The notes beneath the pieces are model-generated. The model ran no database searches and had not been told where the DNA came from. It saw only the letters and a program-made list of their open reading frames with translations. A program made the translations under genes and the position numbers. A stretch of DNA of 64,000 nt from Candidatus Doudnabacteria bacterium. GTDB taxonomy: Bacteria; Patescibacteriota; JAQUNI01. The stretch is taken from assembly GCA_041644975.1 (NCBI GenBank), contig JBAZQX010000001.1:103274-167273 (forward strand), read 5' to 3'. Within the stretch, counting starts at the first letter, position 1. Every line of letters starts with the position of its first letter. Of this stretch, positions 28,698-39,886 are shown one piece after another.

Positions 28698-30054
28698 TGT
28701 TTTGGTTAATTAGCTGATTGTAAATTGCGAGTAACCCTATAATATACCAAAATATCATTCCGTAATACAGTCCAATTAAGGTAGCTTCCACCATTGAATT
28801 TAGCAGCACGATAATGAGCGTGGAGACAAATCCCAGATAAAGCATTTTTTCCTCTGGTTTCAAAAAAATTCTTTGAGCCTTTCCAATTTCTAAATAAATG
28901 GCGCGAGTAACCAGCATAAAAGCGGCAAAACCGACTATTCCGAGTTCAAGAAGCACTTGCAGAAAAAAGTTATTACTTTCCGTTTCCACTGACCAAGGCA
29001 AAAGATTTTTGTATTCCAATTTTAAATTGCCCGTGCCTACACCCAAGATGGGATTATGAACAAAGATTTGGTAAGCAGAACGGAACTCCACTATCCGAAA
29101 ACGAGTATTGGGATCCGTTAAAATTCGCGTTAGACGATCCAAAAATTTATCAGAATAAGCGGCAAGCGGGACAGCGATTATGGCAAGAAGGGCGCAGATT
29201 AAAAGGATAGCAAAGAGTTTTTTAATTTTTTGTTTTCTAAAAATATAAACAAAACCGCCCATCAAGGAAAAAATCTCGCCTTTACCAAGGGTCAGGAAAG
29301 TAGCCATTCCCCCCAGAATCGTTTCGGCAAAGAGGAGAATTTTCAACCATTTATTGCGGGTAGTTAATAATAAAACATAGGTGAATGGCAGAGTCATAAT
29401 AATAATGGCCGCAATGTAAACCCATTTTCCTACAGGCGTAATTATCTCTTCACGGGCTAGGGCATAGTCCCCTTGGAAACCACCCAGAGAGAGGACTTTA
29501 AAAATTAGCTGGGCAGCGACTAAAAATCCGGTTACAGGGATAGAAAAAAGAGCGATTTTAAAATCCCTTTTGTTTTTGATGAGATTCACGGCTAAAAGCA
29601 ACGTTAAAGCGTGAAAACCAAGATTGCGCAGGGCAATGACGGCGCGGGAAAGATTATCCGCCCAACCCAAAGATAGGGCAGATAGAAAGATATATAAAAG
29701 AAAGCACCCCAGAAGTAAAGGAAATCTTATTTGCTTAAACTGTTTTTGGGCAATGAGCTTCAAGATAAAAAATAAAGTTAAAATAATGACCAAAATTTCA
29801 GCGAGGCTTACTTGGTAATACCAATCCTGGATGCGGATGGTGGCTATTTGACCGAAGACAATAGCAGGCGGGATCAGAATAAGGACAAAAACAGGGTTTT
29901 TAAAGTAGAGGAAGATGAGGATAGCGAGACCAAAAATTATGCCAAAAATTAAGAGCAAATGCCCCCATTCCTCATTTGTCCAATTAGAAAGCAAGGGTAT
30001 GAGGATACCGAATAATAAAATAAGTGCGGAAATGAGAAGAATTTTTTTGACCAT
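28681..30054 (-). CDS. O-antigen ligase/polymerase family protein
   Basis: Multi-TM; TLGKG, R..EFRSA..IF..NPILGVGTGN, NNFFLQVLLELGIVG. Confidence 0.85.
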   Translation of the reverse strand: MVKKILLISALILLFGILIPLLSNWTNEEWGHLLLIFGIIFGLAILIFLYFKNPVFVLILIPPAIVFGQIATIRIQDWYYQVSLAEILVIILTLFFILKLIAQKQFKQIRFPLLLGCFLLYIFLSALSLGWADNLSRAVIALRNLGFHALTLLLAVNLIKNKRDFKIALFSIPVTGFLVAAQLIFKVLSLGGFQGDYALAREEIITPVGKWVYIAAIIIMTLPFTYVLLLTTRNKWLKILLFAETILGGMATFLTLGKGEIFSLMGGFVYIFRKQKIKKLFAILLICALLAIIAVPLAAYSDKFLDRLTRILTDPNTRFRIVEFRSAYQIFVHNPILGVGTGNLKLEYKNLLPWSVETESNNFFLQVLLELGIVGFAAFMLVTRAIYLEIGKAQRIFLKPEEKMLYLGFVSTLIIVLLNSMVEATLIGLYYGMIFWYIIGLLAIYNQLINQNNAKQD

Positions 30055-30111
30055 AGTTTTAAGCTTTACTATACATCAAAAATCAATTTTTGTCAAATAA
30101 AATGGTAAAAA

Positions 30112-30160
30112 AATAGGGCGAGAGTAGAAAAAGAAAATTTATCTTTCCCTTCTCGCCCGA
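30112..30160 (-). terminator. Hairpin ending the three-gene island
   Basis: GGGCGAGA...TCTCGCCC inverted repeat followed by a U-run on the minus strand. Confidence 0.5.
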
Positions 30161-30168
30161 AAGATGTG

Positions 30169-31005
30169 CTATCCGATATTGACCGAAATTTTTCGGTTAT
30201 CGGCTCCAGTGTTCGTCACAACACCGTTCGTAAGACTAAACTCAAAGTACCATTTCCCGTCAGCTTGTACCAAGTGCCATAGCTCCACACCGTTGGCATA
30301 TACCGTGTAGGTATATGCCTCCCGAAGCTGGGAATATACGATAATTCTTAATCTCCCATTTTCCGGATACATAATGTTGAGGTTCCATTCCTTAACAGCA
30401 CTGTCTCTGGTGCTCTGGTTAAGGTCCATACTCAACTGATCAAGACCTGCTTTATCTGATGATAATTCAACTCTCGCCGTGTTTTTCTCTTGTGCCCTTA
30501 AAGCAAATTTGAGCTCTTTTATGTTTGTTGGTGAATCTATGGGGACTTTTTGGACATGACCGTCTGGGGTAAATCTCAATAGAAATGCACCATTCTTGTC
30601 TACCTGGTTGAATTCAGTATATCCGCTGTCTGCGGATCCTTTGACTTTGATATTATAGATCGTACTGCCATTTCGGTAGTAAATCCTCATCCAACCCGTG
30701 ATTACAGTGTATACGTTGGTAGAAAGCCTTCCACCAGTAATCTCAAGGGTTTTAGTGCCCTCGGGATAGTTGGCACCTTCAAAAAGATTACTGTCTATAG
30801 AGATACTACTCGCAGCCGCTGGTGCCAGTTTGACGTCGGAATATTTCATATAATCTGGCACCACCAGTTCCATTGTAACTGGTGGAGCGGATTGTACCTC
30901 TTTAATATCCGAAATATCTATCCCTTCAAACGGGTTACGCACCTGATCGCAACCGCTCATTAACAATACTATCAGGACCATCAGGCAGGTCAGTGTAATT
31001 CTCAT
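30169..31005 (-). CDS. Hypothetical lipoprotein (beta-rich)
   Basis: Lipobox-like LMSGC; SD AAGGAGG. Confidence 0.75.
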   Translation of the reverse strand: MRITLTCLMVLIVLLMSGCDQVRNPFEGIDISDIKEVQSAPPVTMELVVPDYMKYSDVKLAPAAASSISIDSNLFEGANYPEGTKTLEITGGRLSTNVYTVITGWMRIYYRNGSTIYNIKVKGSADSGYTEFNQVDKNGAFLLRFTPDGHVQKVPIDSPTNIKELKFALRAQEKNTARVELSSDKAGLDQLSMDLNQSTRDSAVKEWNLNIMYPENGRLRIIVYSQLREAYTYTVYANGVELWHLVQADGKWYFEFSLTNGVVTNTGADNRKISVNIG

Positions 31006-31074
31006 TAGATATTCCTCCTTGCAGAAATTTATGGTTCAGGTCAAGAGACCTGAACCAACATGATCTTTACATAA

Positions 31075-31767
31075 TTACCATGGTGAAACTGAGCCGTCCG
31101 ACCCTACATTAATACGGATTGCGCTTTTGTAGGATTGGTTTGACATCCAGCTTTTATCTTTTTCAACAGCAGCCCAGTTCACATCGGGATCGCCCTCTTG
31201 AATACTTTCGCCTGATCTTTTAATCACCATATTGACTTGGTGGTTGCCGGATTTGGCAGGAAGAGATGCTTCATAGTAGCCATCTGTGGTTAATCTTGCC
31301 TCATACCCAATCTGCCAACGTGTTTCATCGCCAACAAGATATACTTTTTCTCCTGCTGATGGTTTTCTGTAGAATAGCGATTCAGTAATACCAACGATTA
31401 CTTTATCGCCCTCCCCTCTTACATAAATGTCACCAGTAGGCTCATTCGTATACTGCACTGTCGTCGTTGCCGCTGACATTGCTGTTGCTGAAGCTGCTGC
31501 GGCTGCGGAAGCAGATGCAGATGCTGCGCTTGCTGCTGTTGCCGCTGTGGAGACTACAGGACCCTGTGTGTATATTCCTGGAACGCAATGCCAATTTATT
31601 GGTTCGCGTTTTTCCATTTCCAACATCAACGTGCGAGCAGCCATTGCTTTGGTAGCGAGTATCTCATTATTGTTGCATCCCGGGGATGGATATACAGCGC
31701 AACCCATCAGAGCCATCATTAGACCTAAAAACATAGACATTAACAGAACAAACAAAAACTTTTTCAT
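31075..31767 (-). CDS. Lipoprotein with Ala/Ser-rich linker and possible CBM48/E-set domain
   Basis: Lipobox-like LMGC; AAASAASASASAAAAASA; KVYLVGDETRW...DGYYEASLP..SG; SD GAGGAGG. Confidence 0.7.
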   Translation of the reverse strand: MKKFLFVLLMSMFLGLMMALMGCAVYPSPGCNNNEILATKAMAARTLMLEMEKREPINWHCVPGIYTQGPVVSTAATAASAASASASAAAAASATAMSAATTTVQYTNEPTGDIYVRGEGDKVIVGITESLFYRKPSAGEKVYLVGDETRWQIGYEARLTTDGYYEASLPAKSGNHQVNMVIKRSGESIQEGDPDVNWAAVEKDKSWMSNQSYKSAIRINVGSDGSVSPW

Positions 31768-32597
31768 TTAAGAAACCTCCTCTTTGCATTCTGAGCATTC
31801 TGATCTTGCGAAAAACCGATCGCGACCAAGATCCGATCTTGGTCAAATTTTGGATTTATCTTACCCATTCGTCGGTCTTTCTCTTTTACTAACATTCTCT
31901 CCCAAGAAATTTCCAGCCAGAAAGGGAGAAGATTAATTCTGGCATATACACCACCGTCTGGGTGAAGCTCGCTTTCCCAGATTTCGCTTTGGTAATAGGC
32001 CCAGGTTGTTTGAAGACCTATTTCCAGAGTTTGTTGAAAATTCACGCCTAGACGTAAACGTAATTCGCTGTCGGTGCCGGGATAACGGATACCGCCGAGC
32101 TTACCGAGGTCAAAAGTGGTATAGGCGGCATCAAGACTAAATAAACGGTGCCATGCTCGCATCTGGGCGAGAAATAAATTCGTGTCAAATTCACCGTTCC
32201 ATTTCAGTTTTAATTCATCGCGCGTCCTGACATTGAACCAAACACTACCTAATCCCCAATTCAGATTAACCTCTGGCACTATAAAAGCGCCCAAGATTAT
32301 TTCTTGATCCTTTTCTAATCTTGAGAATTGAGGATTCCATTTTTGATAACCTTGGATGTGGACCATTGGTCCTGCATCCAGCGTCATACTCCAAGGCAGG
32401 TTAAACGGTTTCTGCATTACTACATACATAACCGTGTTTTCCTCATTGGAGAAATTACGACTATGGATGATATCAAAATATACCGGTTCATCTATTTTCA
32501 TATGTGCTTCGGTATATAGATATTTCGTCGTGTCTGCATCTGTAAAAACCGTGCCCATCGCCATCAACACACAGACCATTAACACTAATCTTTTCAT
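31764..32597 (-). CDS. Secreted protein, possibly outer-membrane beta-barrel-like
   Basis: Signal peptide; alternating amphipathic strands (LRLRLGVNF, LEIGLQTTW, GVYARINL, WLEISWE, ILVAIGFS); SD GAGGAGGTG. Confidence 0.65.
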   Translation of the reverse strand: MKRLVLMVCVLMAMGTVFTDADTTKYLYTEAHMKIDEPVYFDIIHSRNFSNEENTVMYVVMQKPFNLPWSMTLDAGPMVHIQGYQKWNPQFSRLEKDQEIILGAFIVPEVNLNWGLGSVWFNVRTRDELKLKWNGEFDTNLFLAQMRAWHRLFSLDAAYTTFDLGKLGGIRYPGTDSELRLRLGVNFQQTLEIGLQTTWAYYQSEIWESELHPDGGVYARINLLPFWLEISWERMLVKEKDRRMGKINPKFDQDRILVAIGFSQDQNAQNAKRRFLK

Positions 32598-32644
32598 CAG
32601 CTCACCTCCTCATCTTGTAGAATCTTTAGTTCAAATTAAGACAC

Positions 32645-32790
32645 TCCGTCATTGCGAGGGAGGCACAAAGTGCCGACCAAAGCAATCTCGTTTTTATATT
32701 ACAATGAGATTGCCTGCCCGCCATCGCTTGCGCTTCAGGCGCTAGCGGGCGGGCTTCGTCGGGCTTGAAAGCCCTCCTCGCAATGACGGA
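32645..32790. repeat. Palindromic REP/RPE-like element with a nested second palindrome
   Basis: TCCGTCATTGCGAGG...CCTCGCAATGACGGA 15-bp inverted ends; internal GCCCGCC...GGCGGGC. Confidence 0.82.
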
Positions 32791-32840
32791 AACATCTACT
32801 TTGCGGATAATATAGTTCCGCAGAATATGAGTTCAATCAT

Positions 32841-32889
32841 TTTTCAAAGAACAGTCTAAAATTATAACTAAAAAATCATTTTTCAACAA
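32841..32889 (-). promoter_or_regulatory. Promoter plus boxA-like site for the island
   Basis: TTGTTG-17-TATAAT (32889-32861), then TGTTCTTTGAAAA (32853-32841). Confidence 0.55.
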
Positions 32890-33637
32890 TCTTTAAGCCG
32901 CCAATGTAATGGTCCGACTTTTTTTCTTCTATCGTGTCGCCATCTTGCACAACCTCCATAACCTCTGTTTTTTCATTTTCCTCTTTTTGCGGTTCTGGGG
33001 GCATAATAGGCGTTGGTTTTTGCGGCAGACTTTGGGTTTTCCAAAGAATTATTATCGCGCTAATCGCAAGACCTACGAATAAGCTTAAGATGATGTTCAG
33101 TAAAATATTCGGTTTCACAGGCCGCTCCGAGACGAGTGGTGTGTCTAAAACCACGATTCCGACTTCATCTCCTAAATTATAATAAACTTTGCCTTTTTTA
33201 GAAAAATTATAAATAATAGCGTTCATAATATTCTTCGCTTGCGAGGCTTCGGGATGGTAGACATTGATTTCAATAATGCTTGTGTCCGTGGAAACACGGG
33301 AGCTAACCATTTTAGCCCATTTTTCTCGGAGATCTTTTTCTTTCTTCGGGAAATAGATTAGATCAATCGGAAACCCAGAATTCAAGACATCCTTCATAAA
33401 AGAACTGCTTTTTATAATTTTCGCAAACAGCATAGCCAACCTCTCGGCAGACTGGCTTGCTTTATACATATCTAGATCGGCATTTGTCTTTTGGGTAATC
33501 AAAATCCGGCCGCTTGCCCTGTAAAGCGGTTTTTGAAAGGAGCTTACGATTAAACTTACCACAATCGTGGCAAGAGTAATAATCGTAATGATGCGCCAGC
33601 TTTGGCGGATCCGTTGTAAATATTGTTGATAATTCAT
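32876..33637 (-). CDS. Wzz/CapA-type chain-length determinant
   Basis: W..I...T TM helix, PLYRAS, PVKPN, second TM helix. Confidence 0.85.
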   Translation of the reverse strand: MNYQQYLQRIRQSWRIITIITLATIVVSLIVSSFQKPLYRASGRILITQKTNADLDMYKASQSAERLAMLFAKIIKSSSFMKDVLNSGFPIDLIYFPKKEKDLREKWAKMVSSRVSTDTSIIEINVYHPEASQAKNIMNAIIYNFSKKGKVYYNLGDEVGIVVLDTPLVSERPVKPNILLNIILSLFVGLAISAIIILWKTQSLPQKPTPIMPPEPQKEENEKTEVMEVVQDGDTIEEKKSDHYIGGLKIVEK

Positions 33638-33726
33638 AATATTTATGAAATTACACTGTACACTAAATTAAAAAATCTGTCAAGCTTTTTTCTACTTGAC
33701 AGATTCTTGAGTAAGATAAGCTTTAA

Positions 33727-35001
<1,275 letters not shown>

Positions 35002-35073
35002 AATAATTCAAAGTTAAAAGTTTAGAAAGGAAGAAGTCATAAGGTTTGAACTTTAAGATTTAGTTTTTGACTT

Positions 35074-35883
35074 TTATCTTGGGACCCATTGATTAGACAA
35101 TAAAACGCTTGAGATTGTAATGATCCCCAGAAGAAAATATATTTTGATTAAACGTCGGGTGAGCATTTGGCGGGAATAGTATTCCAAAATACCAAGGATG
35201 ATGTAGATACTTACTATTACAATGATAGCATTGGCGATGTAATTTGTGGGCCAGAAGGTAAGAGACCAGAATATTTGGCTCGCAGTTAAACTCGTGATCA
35301 AGGTATAGAGAGCGGCTAGGGAGGGCGTGAAAATCTCACTCAAAAATTGATAAGTCAGAGAGAAGACAATAAGAACAACGATTAAAAGAGCCTGCCAAAG
35401 AGGAAAAGACAAAAGATAAATTAAGGCAAAGAGGTTTGCCATTAGAAAAAAGGTAGTGAGTAGGACCAGAGCTTCATTTGTTGTGCACACAATCATTTTC
35501 CGTTTATTTTCTTCGGATTTTAAAATCACTTCTTTGTGGGAGTAAAAACGATATTTACTTAAGGTTGCGATGTTATTAAGAACAATTCCTAAAATAATAC
35601 TCGCGCCGATAATGAAAAAATGTTGCACATAGCTTTTTTGGGCGAGGATAAAAAGAGCGAGAATGCTTAAAGTATAGAAAAGCGGCAAGATTAGATAGAC
35701 GAGTTGTTTTAATTTTTTTTGACTCAAAAATCCACCCAGATAAAGAGAAGCGAAAAGCACGCATCCTATGATAACGCCAAAAATTTTCCAAAAAATTTCA
35801 GGATATTGAACGACGAATTCAAGACCAATCAGCATAGTGAGAGGAGGCAGGATGGTGGCGATTTTAGAAAGCCAGGAAGGCAT
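35074..35883 (-). CDS. Multi-pass membrane protein
   Basis: About eight TM helices; QIFWSLTFWP motif. Confidence 0.75.
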   Translation of the reverse strand: MPSWLSKIATILPPLTMLIGLEFVVQYPEIFWKIFGVIIGCVLFASLYLGGFLSQKKLKQLVYLILPLFYTLSILALFILAQKSYVQHFFIIGASIILGIVLNNIATLSKYRFYSHKEVILKSEENKRKMIVCTTNEALVLLTTFFLMANLFALIYLLSFPLWQALLIVVLIVFSLTYQFLSEIFTPSLAALYTLITSLTASQIFWSLTFWPTNYIANAIIVIVSIYIILGILEYYSRQMLTRRLIKIYFLLGIITISSVLLSNQWVPR

Positions 35884-36030
35884 AGAAATTTCTAATTGAC
35901 CTAATGTCTAATTAGTCTAATTAACCGTTTCGCGCTTTGGAGGTCCATCTAAGGCGGACAATTACTCGTGTCAAACTTTCGCCTGCCTGCCGGCAGGCTT
36001 GGCCTCCAAATTTCGCACGACCTTTAGAAA

Positions 36031-38355
36031 TTATTTAACGTTTCTGGTTAGATATTTAACAATCTCATTTCCTTCTTCTGATAATAACTTTATCTTTGAT
36101 TTTTTTTGAATTCGGATTTGGGTAACCTTTTCCTGTATCAATTTAAATTCGTTTTGCGCTTTGCGGTCCAGATGCTCTGCCGGAAAGCTTGGCCATGGGG
36201 TTATGATTAGATCGCCCTTTTCCTCTAACTCATGATACAATTCTTCCGTGATAAATGGCATAAAGGGATGCAATAGTTTTAAGGTTTCGCGGAGAATCTG
36301 GCGCAGGATAAAGCCAACTTCTTTCTGTTCTTCCTTGTTTTCGCTGTAGATTCTTTCTTTGGCAATTTCAAGATACCAATCGCATAATTCATTCCAGAAA
36401 AATTTATACAGGCGTTTTGCGGCATAGGCAATTTTGTAGCTTTGCAAATATTGAGTCACTTTTTTAATCGTATAATGCAGGCGGTAGGAAATCCAGCGGT
36501 CAGCAAGGTTGTCAGCGCTACGCGCGATCTTGAGAGTGGCAGACCCCTTGTAGTTTTTAATTGGTTGCGTGTTTTCAATGACGAGTTTTGTGGCATTATA
36601 AATTTTTGTGACAAAATTGCGGGAAGCGCGGATTTTGTCTTCCATCGCCTGCCGGCTCATCCTGATATCGCGGCCAGGATAGGCAGTTTCCGCCAGGGCA
36701 AAACGCAGAGCGTCCGCGGAATATTTTTCAATCATCTCTATCGGATCAACGCCATTACCCAGGGACTTACTCATCTTTTGTCCTTTATCATCGCGGAGCG
36801 TGCCATGGATAAAAACAGTTCTGAATGGAACATCGCCCATAAACTTTAGCCCTAAAATAATCATTCGGCAAATCCATAGGTATACAATTCCTGGCGCGGT
36901 AACCATTACATCTGAAGGGTAATATTTTTTAAGATCGGCTGTTTCTTTGGGCCAGCCCAGGGTGGAAAATGGCCAAAGACCGGAAGAAAACCAAGTGTCC
37001 AAAACGTCAGTTTCTTGGGTAATTTTTTTACTTTTGCAAAGGGGGCATGATTTTGGTTTTTTGGCCGAAACAATGGGCTTATCTGAACAGTCGCAGTAAT
37101 AAACCGGCATCGGGTGACCCCAGACGATTTGCCGTGAAATGCACCAATCGTGGATTTGAGAAAGCCAATCAAGAGCTTGTTTTTTGTAGCGCTCTGGAAG
37201 GAATTGCATTTCCCCCTTTTTGATTGCTTTAATAGCTGGCGCGGCTAATGGTTTCATTTTAACAAACCATTGCACAGAGATCTGCGGTTCCACTACGCTT
37301 TTACAACGTTCACAAACCGCGACGTTATGTTTGATATTTTCGATTTGTTTCAAATACCCATCCTCTCTCAAATCTTGAATGATAATCTCGCGAGCTTTGC
37401 TTATTGGCAGTCCTTGATATTTCGCGGGAACATTTGTCATTTTACCATTGCGATCAATTACGATAGGCATCGGGAGTTTATGCCGTTCGCCTATTTGATA
37501 ATCATTGATATCGTGCGCCGGAGTAACTTTCACCGCGCCTGTGCCAAAGTTAGGATCCACTGTTTCATCAGTAATAATGGGAATTTCGCGTTTGACTAAA
37601 GGTAAAATAACCTTTTTCCCTATTAATTTTTGATATCTTTTATCTTTTGGATGCACAGCGACAGCAGTATCCCCTAGTATTGTTTCCGGTCTGGTGGTAG
37701 CTACAACTATCCTTGATCCTTGATCCTTGATCCTTGATTCTAAAAGAGGATATTCAATATAATATAGTTTTCCTTCGCGTTCTTTATATTCTAATTCTAA
37801 ATCCGTAATCGCGGTTTCGCACCGCGGGCACCAGTGAACAATATATGGACCTTTGTAAATCAGCCCTTCATTATATAAACGAATAAATTCTTCTTCTACT
37901 GCTTTTTTGGGTTCTGGATCAAGGGTAAAACGTTTTTTTGTCCAGTCCGCGGATTCTCCAAGCCTTTGCGATTGTTCCAAAATTTTTTTTTCGTAAATCC
38001 GCGCCCATTTCCAAATATATTCCAAAAATTTTTCCCGGCTTAAATCGTTGCGGGTTTCCCCCTCTTCTTTCAGAAGTTTTTTCTCTATTGTTCCTTGCAT
38101 TTGGATTCCGGCGTGATCAATACCGGGAAGCCAGAGGGTATTAAATCCTTGCATTCTTTTCAGCCGGATTAAAACATCAGTGATGGTATGTTGCAGGGCA
38201 TGGCCTAAATGCATCTCGCCGGTCAAATTGAGCGGCGGCATAATCATCACAAAAGATTTCCTTTCGGACTGATTGTCAGCCTTAAAATAGCCTTTTTCTA
38301 GCCAATATTGGTACCATTTTTTTTCAATTGTTTTAGCGTTGTATTTTTTGTCCAT
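36031..38355 (-). CDS. valS: Valine--tRNA ligase (short form, no C-terminal coiled coil)
   Basis: HLGH, DHAGI, ATTRPET, DWCISRQ, DVLDTWFSS, KMSKS. Confidence 0.97.
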   Translation of the reverse strand: MDKKYNAKTIEKKWYQYWLEKGYFKADNQSERKSFVMIMPPLNLTGEMHLGHALQHTITDVLIRLKRMQGFNTLWLPGIDHAGIQMQGTIEKKLLKEEGETRNDLSREKFLEYIWKWARIYEKKILEQSQRLGESADWTKKRFTLDPEPKKAVEEEFIRLYNEGLIYKGPYIVHWCPRCETAITDLELEYKEREGKLYYIEYPLLESRIKDQGSRIVVATTRPETILGDTAVAVHPKDKRYQKLIGKKVILPLVKREIPIITDETVDPNFGTGAVKVTPAHDINDYQIGERHKLPMPIVIDRNGKMTNVPAKYQGLPISKAREIIIQDLREDGYLKQIENIKHNVAVCERCKSVVEPQISVQWFVKMKPLAAPAIKAIKKGEMQFLPERYKKQALDWLSQIHDWCISRQIVWGHPMPVYYCDCSDKPIVSAKKPKSCPLCKSKKITQETDVLDTWFSSGLWPFSTLGWPKETADLKKYYPSDVMVTAPGIVYLWICRMIILGLKFMGDVPFRTVFIHGTLRDDKGQKMSKSLGNGVDPIEMIEKYSADALRFALAETAYPGRDIRMSRQAMEDKIRASRNFVTKIYNATKLVIENTQPIKNYKGSATLKIARSADNLADRWISYRLHYTIKKVTQYLQSYKIAYAAKRLYKFFWNELCDWYLEIAKERIYSENKEEQKEVGFILRQILRETLKLLHPFMPFITEELYHELEEKGDLIITPWPSFPAEHLDRKAQNEFKLIQEKVTQIRIQKKSKIKLLSEEGNEIVKYLTRNVK
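37711..37738. repeat. (CCTTGAT)x4 heptamer repeat inside valS
   Basis: Four perfect copies, read as SRIKDQGSR just before IVVATTRPET. Confidence 0.85.
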
Positions 38356-38427
38356 AAGCAAAAAATTGCTTTTTGAGCACATTTATTGTATCTTAAAATC
38401 GCTGGATTGACAAGGAGGTGAAGTAAG

Positions 38428-38655
38428 ATGTGGCCGCCACTTTGGAAAAGATATAGAGGGATGTTTGTTATCGTCTTACGGGACGAGAGAAATGTTGTTT
38501 TAGCTAAAGAATGTGTTACTTTTTTGAAAAGGAGGTCTCTTAAGAGCTATATCAAGGAGGCCTTACGAAAATCAGGAATGGTCAAAACCAAGTGGCAGCT
38601 CCTTAAATTTTATGGGGCAGATGTAATTGTAAGGGTCATTAAAAACCAGGGGTAG
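38428..38655 (+). CDS. Small hypothetical protein
   Basis: Strong SD AAGGAGGTG; followed by a hairpin and T-run at about 38648-38683. Confidence 0.55.
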   Translation: MWPPLWKRYRGMFVIVLRDERNVVLAKECVTFLKRRSLKSYIKEALRKSGMVKTKWQLLKFYGADVIVRVIKNQG

Positions 38656-38724
38656 TTTTAAAAGCTGCCTCTTTTTATTTTTTATGGTAAAATCAGAAGA
38701 TCCAAGGAATAATGCAATAAAATA

Positions 38725-39864
38725 ATGAGATCAAAAGAGGTGAAATATCAATATCGCACTTGGTTAGAAATTGACACCAAGGCAATAAAAAATAATTATC
38801 AGATTTTTCGCAATTTAATTTTCAAAGACTGCAAGCTTTGCGGTGTGGTCAAATCCAATGCTTACGGCCACGGTTTAGTGGACTTTTCAAAAGAGTTAGA
38901 ATGTTTGGGCATTGATTTTTTAGCAGTGGATTCTGTTGTGGAGGGTTTGCGTCTAAGAAAAGAGGGCATCAAGACTCCGATTCTGGTTTTAGGATATACT
39001 TTACCCTTGTTAGTTAAAAAAGCGGCTATCAATAGTTTAAGTCTAACTATATCTTCTTTTGACGCAGTATACAGCTTACCAAAATTACTGGGGCGCAAGA
39101 AAATTAAAATTCACCTTAAATTAGACACGGGAATGCACCGACAAGGGTTTTGCGAAGATGACGCGCAGAAAGTATTAAATTTTTTAAGTAAAAATAAGAG
39201 TATAATTTTAGAAGGCACCTATACTCATTTTGCGGCTGCAAAGAATCCGGCGTTCCCGCAAGACACAAAAAAACAGCTTGCTATTTTTCAGAAATGGATT
39301 AAAGAATTAAGCGAAAAAGGCTATAAGCCGATTTGTCACGCTGCGGCGACAGCCGGGACTATTCTCTATCCAGAAGCGCGTCTTGATATGGCGCGCGTTG
39401 GCATCGGATTGTATGGTTTATGGCCATCCAAAGAAGTAAAAGCCTTTGCGGCAGAGAGATTAAAATTGAAGCCGGCAATGCGATGGAAAACAATAATAGG
39501 TGAGATTAAAAATCTTTCCAAAGGCGAACGGATAGGGTATGATTTCACCGAGAGGGTAGATCAAAATTCAAAAATCGCCATCCTGCCTGTAGGCTATTGG
39601 CATGGTTATCCGCGCAGTTTATCCAGTATCGGTTATGTTCTGGTCCAAGGGAAAAGATGCAAGATTTTAGGCCGAATTTCTATGGATATGATTATTATTA
39701 ACATTAGCGATGTTCCTAGAGCAAAAGTCGGCGATGAAGTGTATCTATTGGGCAAAAGCGGTCAGGAAGAAGTTAGCGCGGATGACCTAGCGTATCTTTC
39801 TGACACTGTAAATTACGAAATCGTGACAAGGATAAATCCATTGATTAAGAAAGTGTATATTTAA
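38725..39864 (+). CDS. alr: Alanine racemase
   Basis: VVKSNAYGHG, HLKLDTGMHRQG, THFA, RVGIGLYG, GRISMD, NYEIV. Confidence 0.96.
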   Translation: MRSKEVKYQYRTWLEIDTKAIKNNYQIFRNLIFKDCKLCGVVKSNAYGHGLVDFSKELECLGIDFLAVDSVVEGLRLRKEGIKTPILVLGYTLPLLVKKAAINSLSLTISSFDAVYSLPKLLGRKKIKIHLKLDTGMHRQGFCEDDAQKVLNFLSKNKSIILEGTYTHFAAAKNPAFPQDTKKQLAIFQKWIKELSEKGYKPICHAAATAGTILYPEARLDMARVGIGLYGLWPSKEVKAFAAERLKLKPAMRWKTIIGEIKNLSKGERIGYDFTERVDQNSKIAILPVGYWHGYPRSLSSIGYVLVQGKRCKILGRISMDMIIINISDVPRAKVGDEVYLLGKSGQEEVSADDLAYLSDTVNYEIVTRINPLIKKVYI

Positions 39865-39886
39865 TTTTTCGTTGGCAGAGAAAATT

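Noticed and set aside
31427-31771. Plus-strand Ala-rich ORF and the many other antisense or nested ORFs in the track
   Set aside because: They are shadows of well-supported genes on the other strand or frame.
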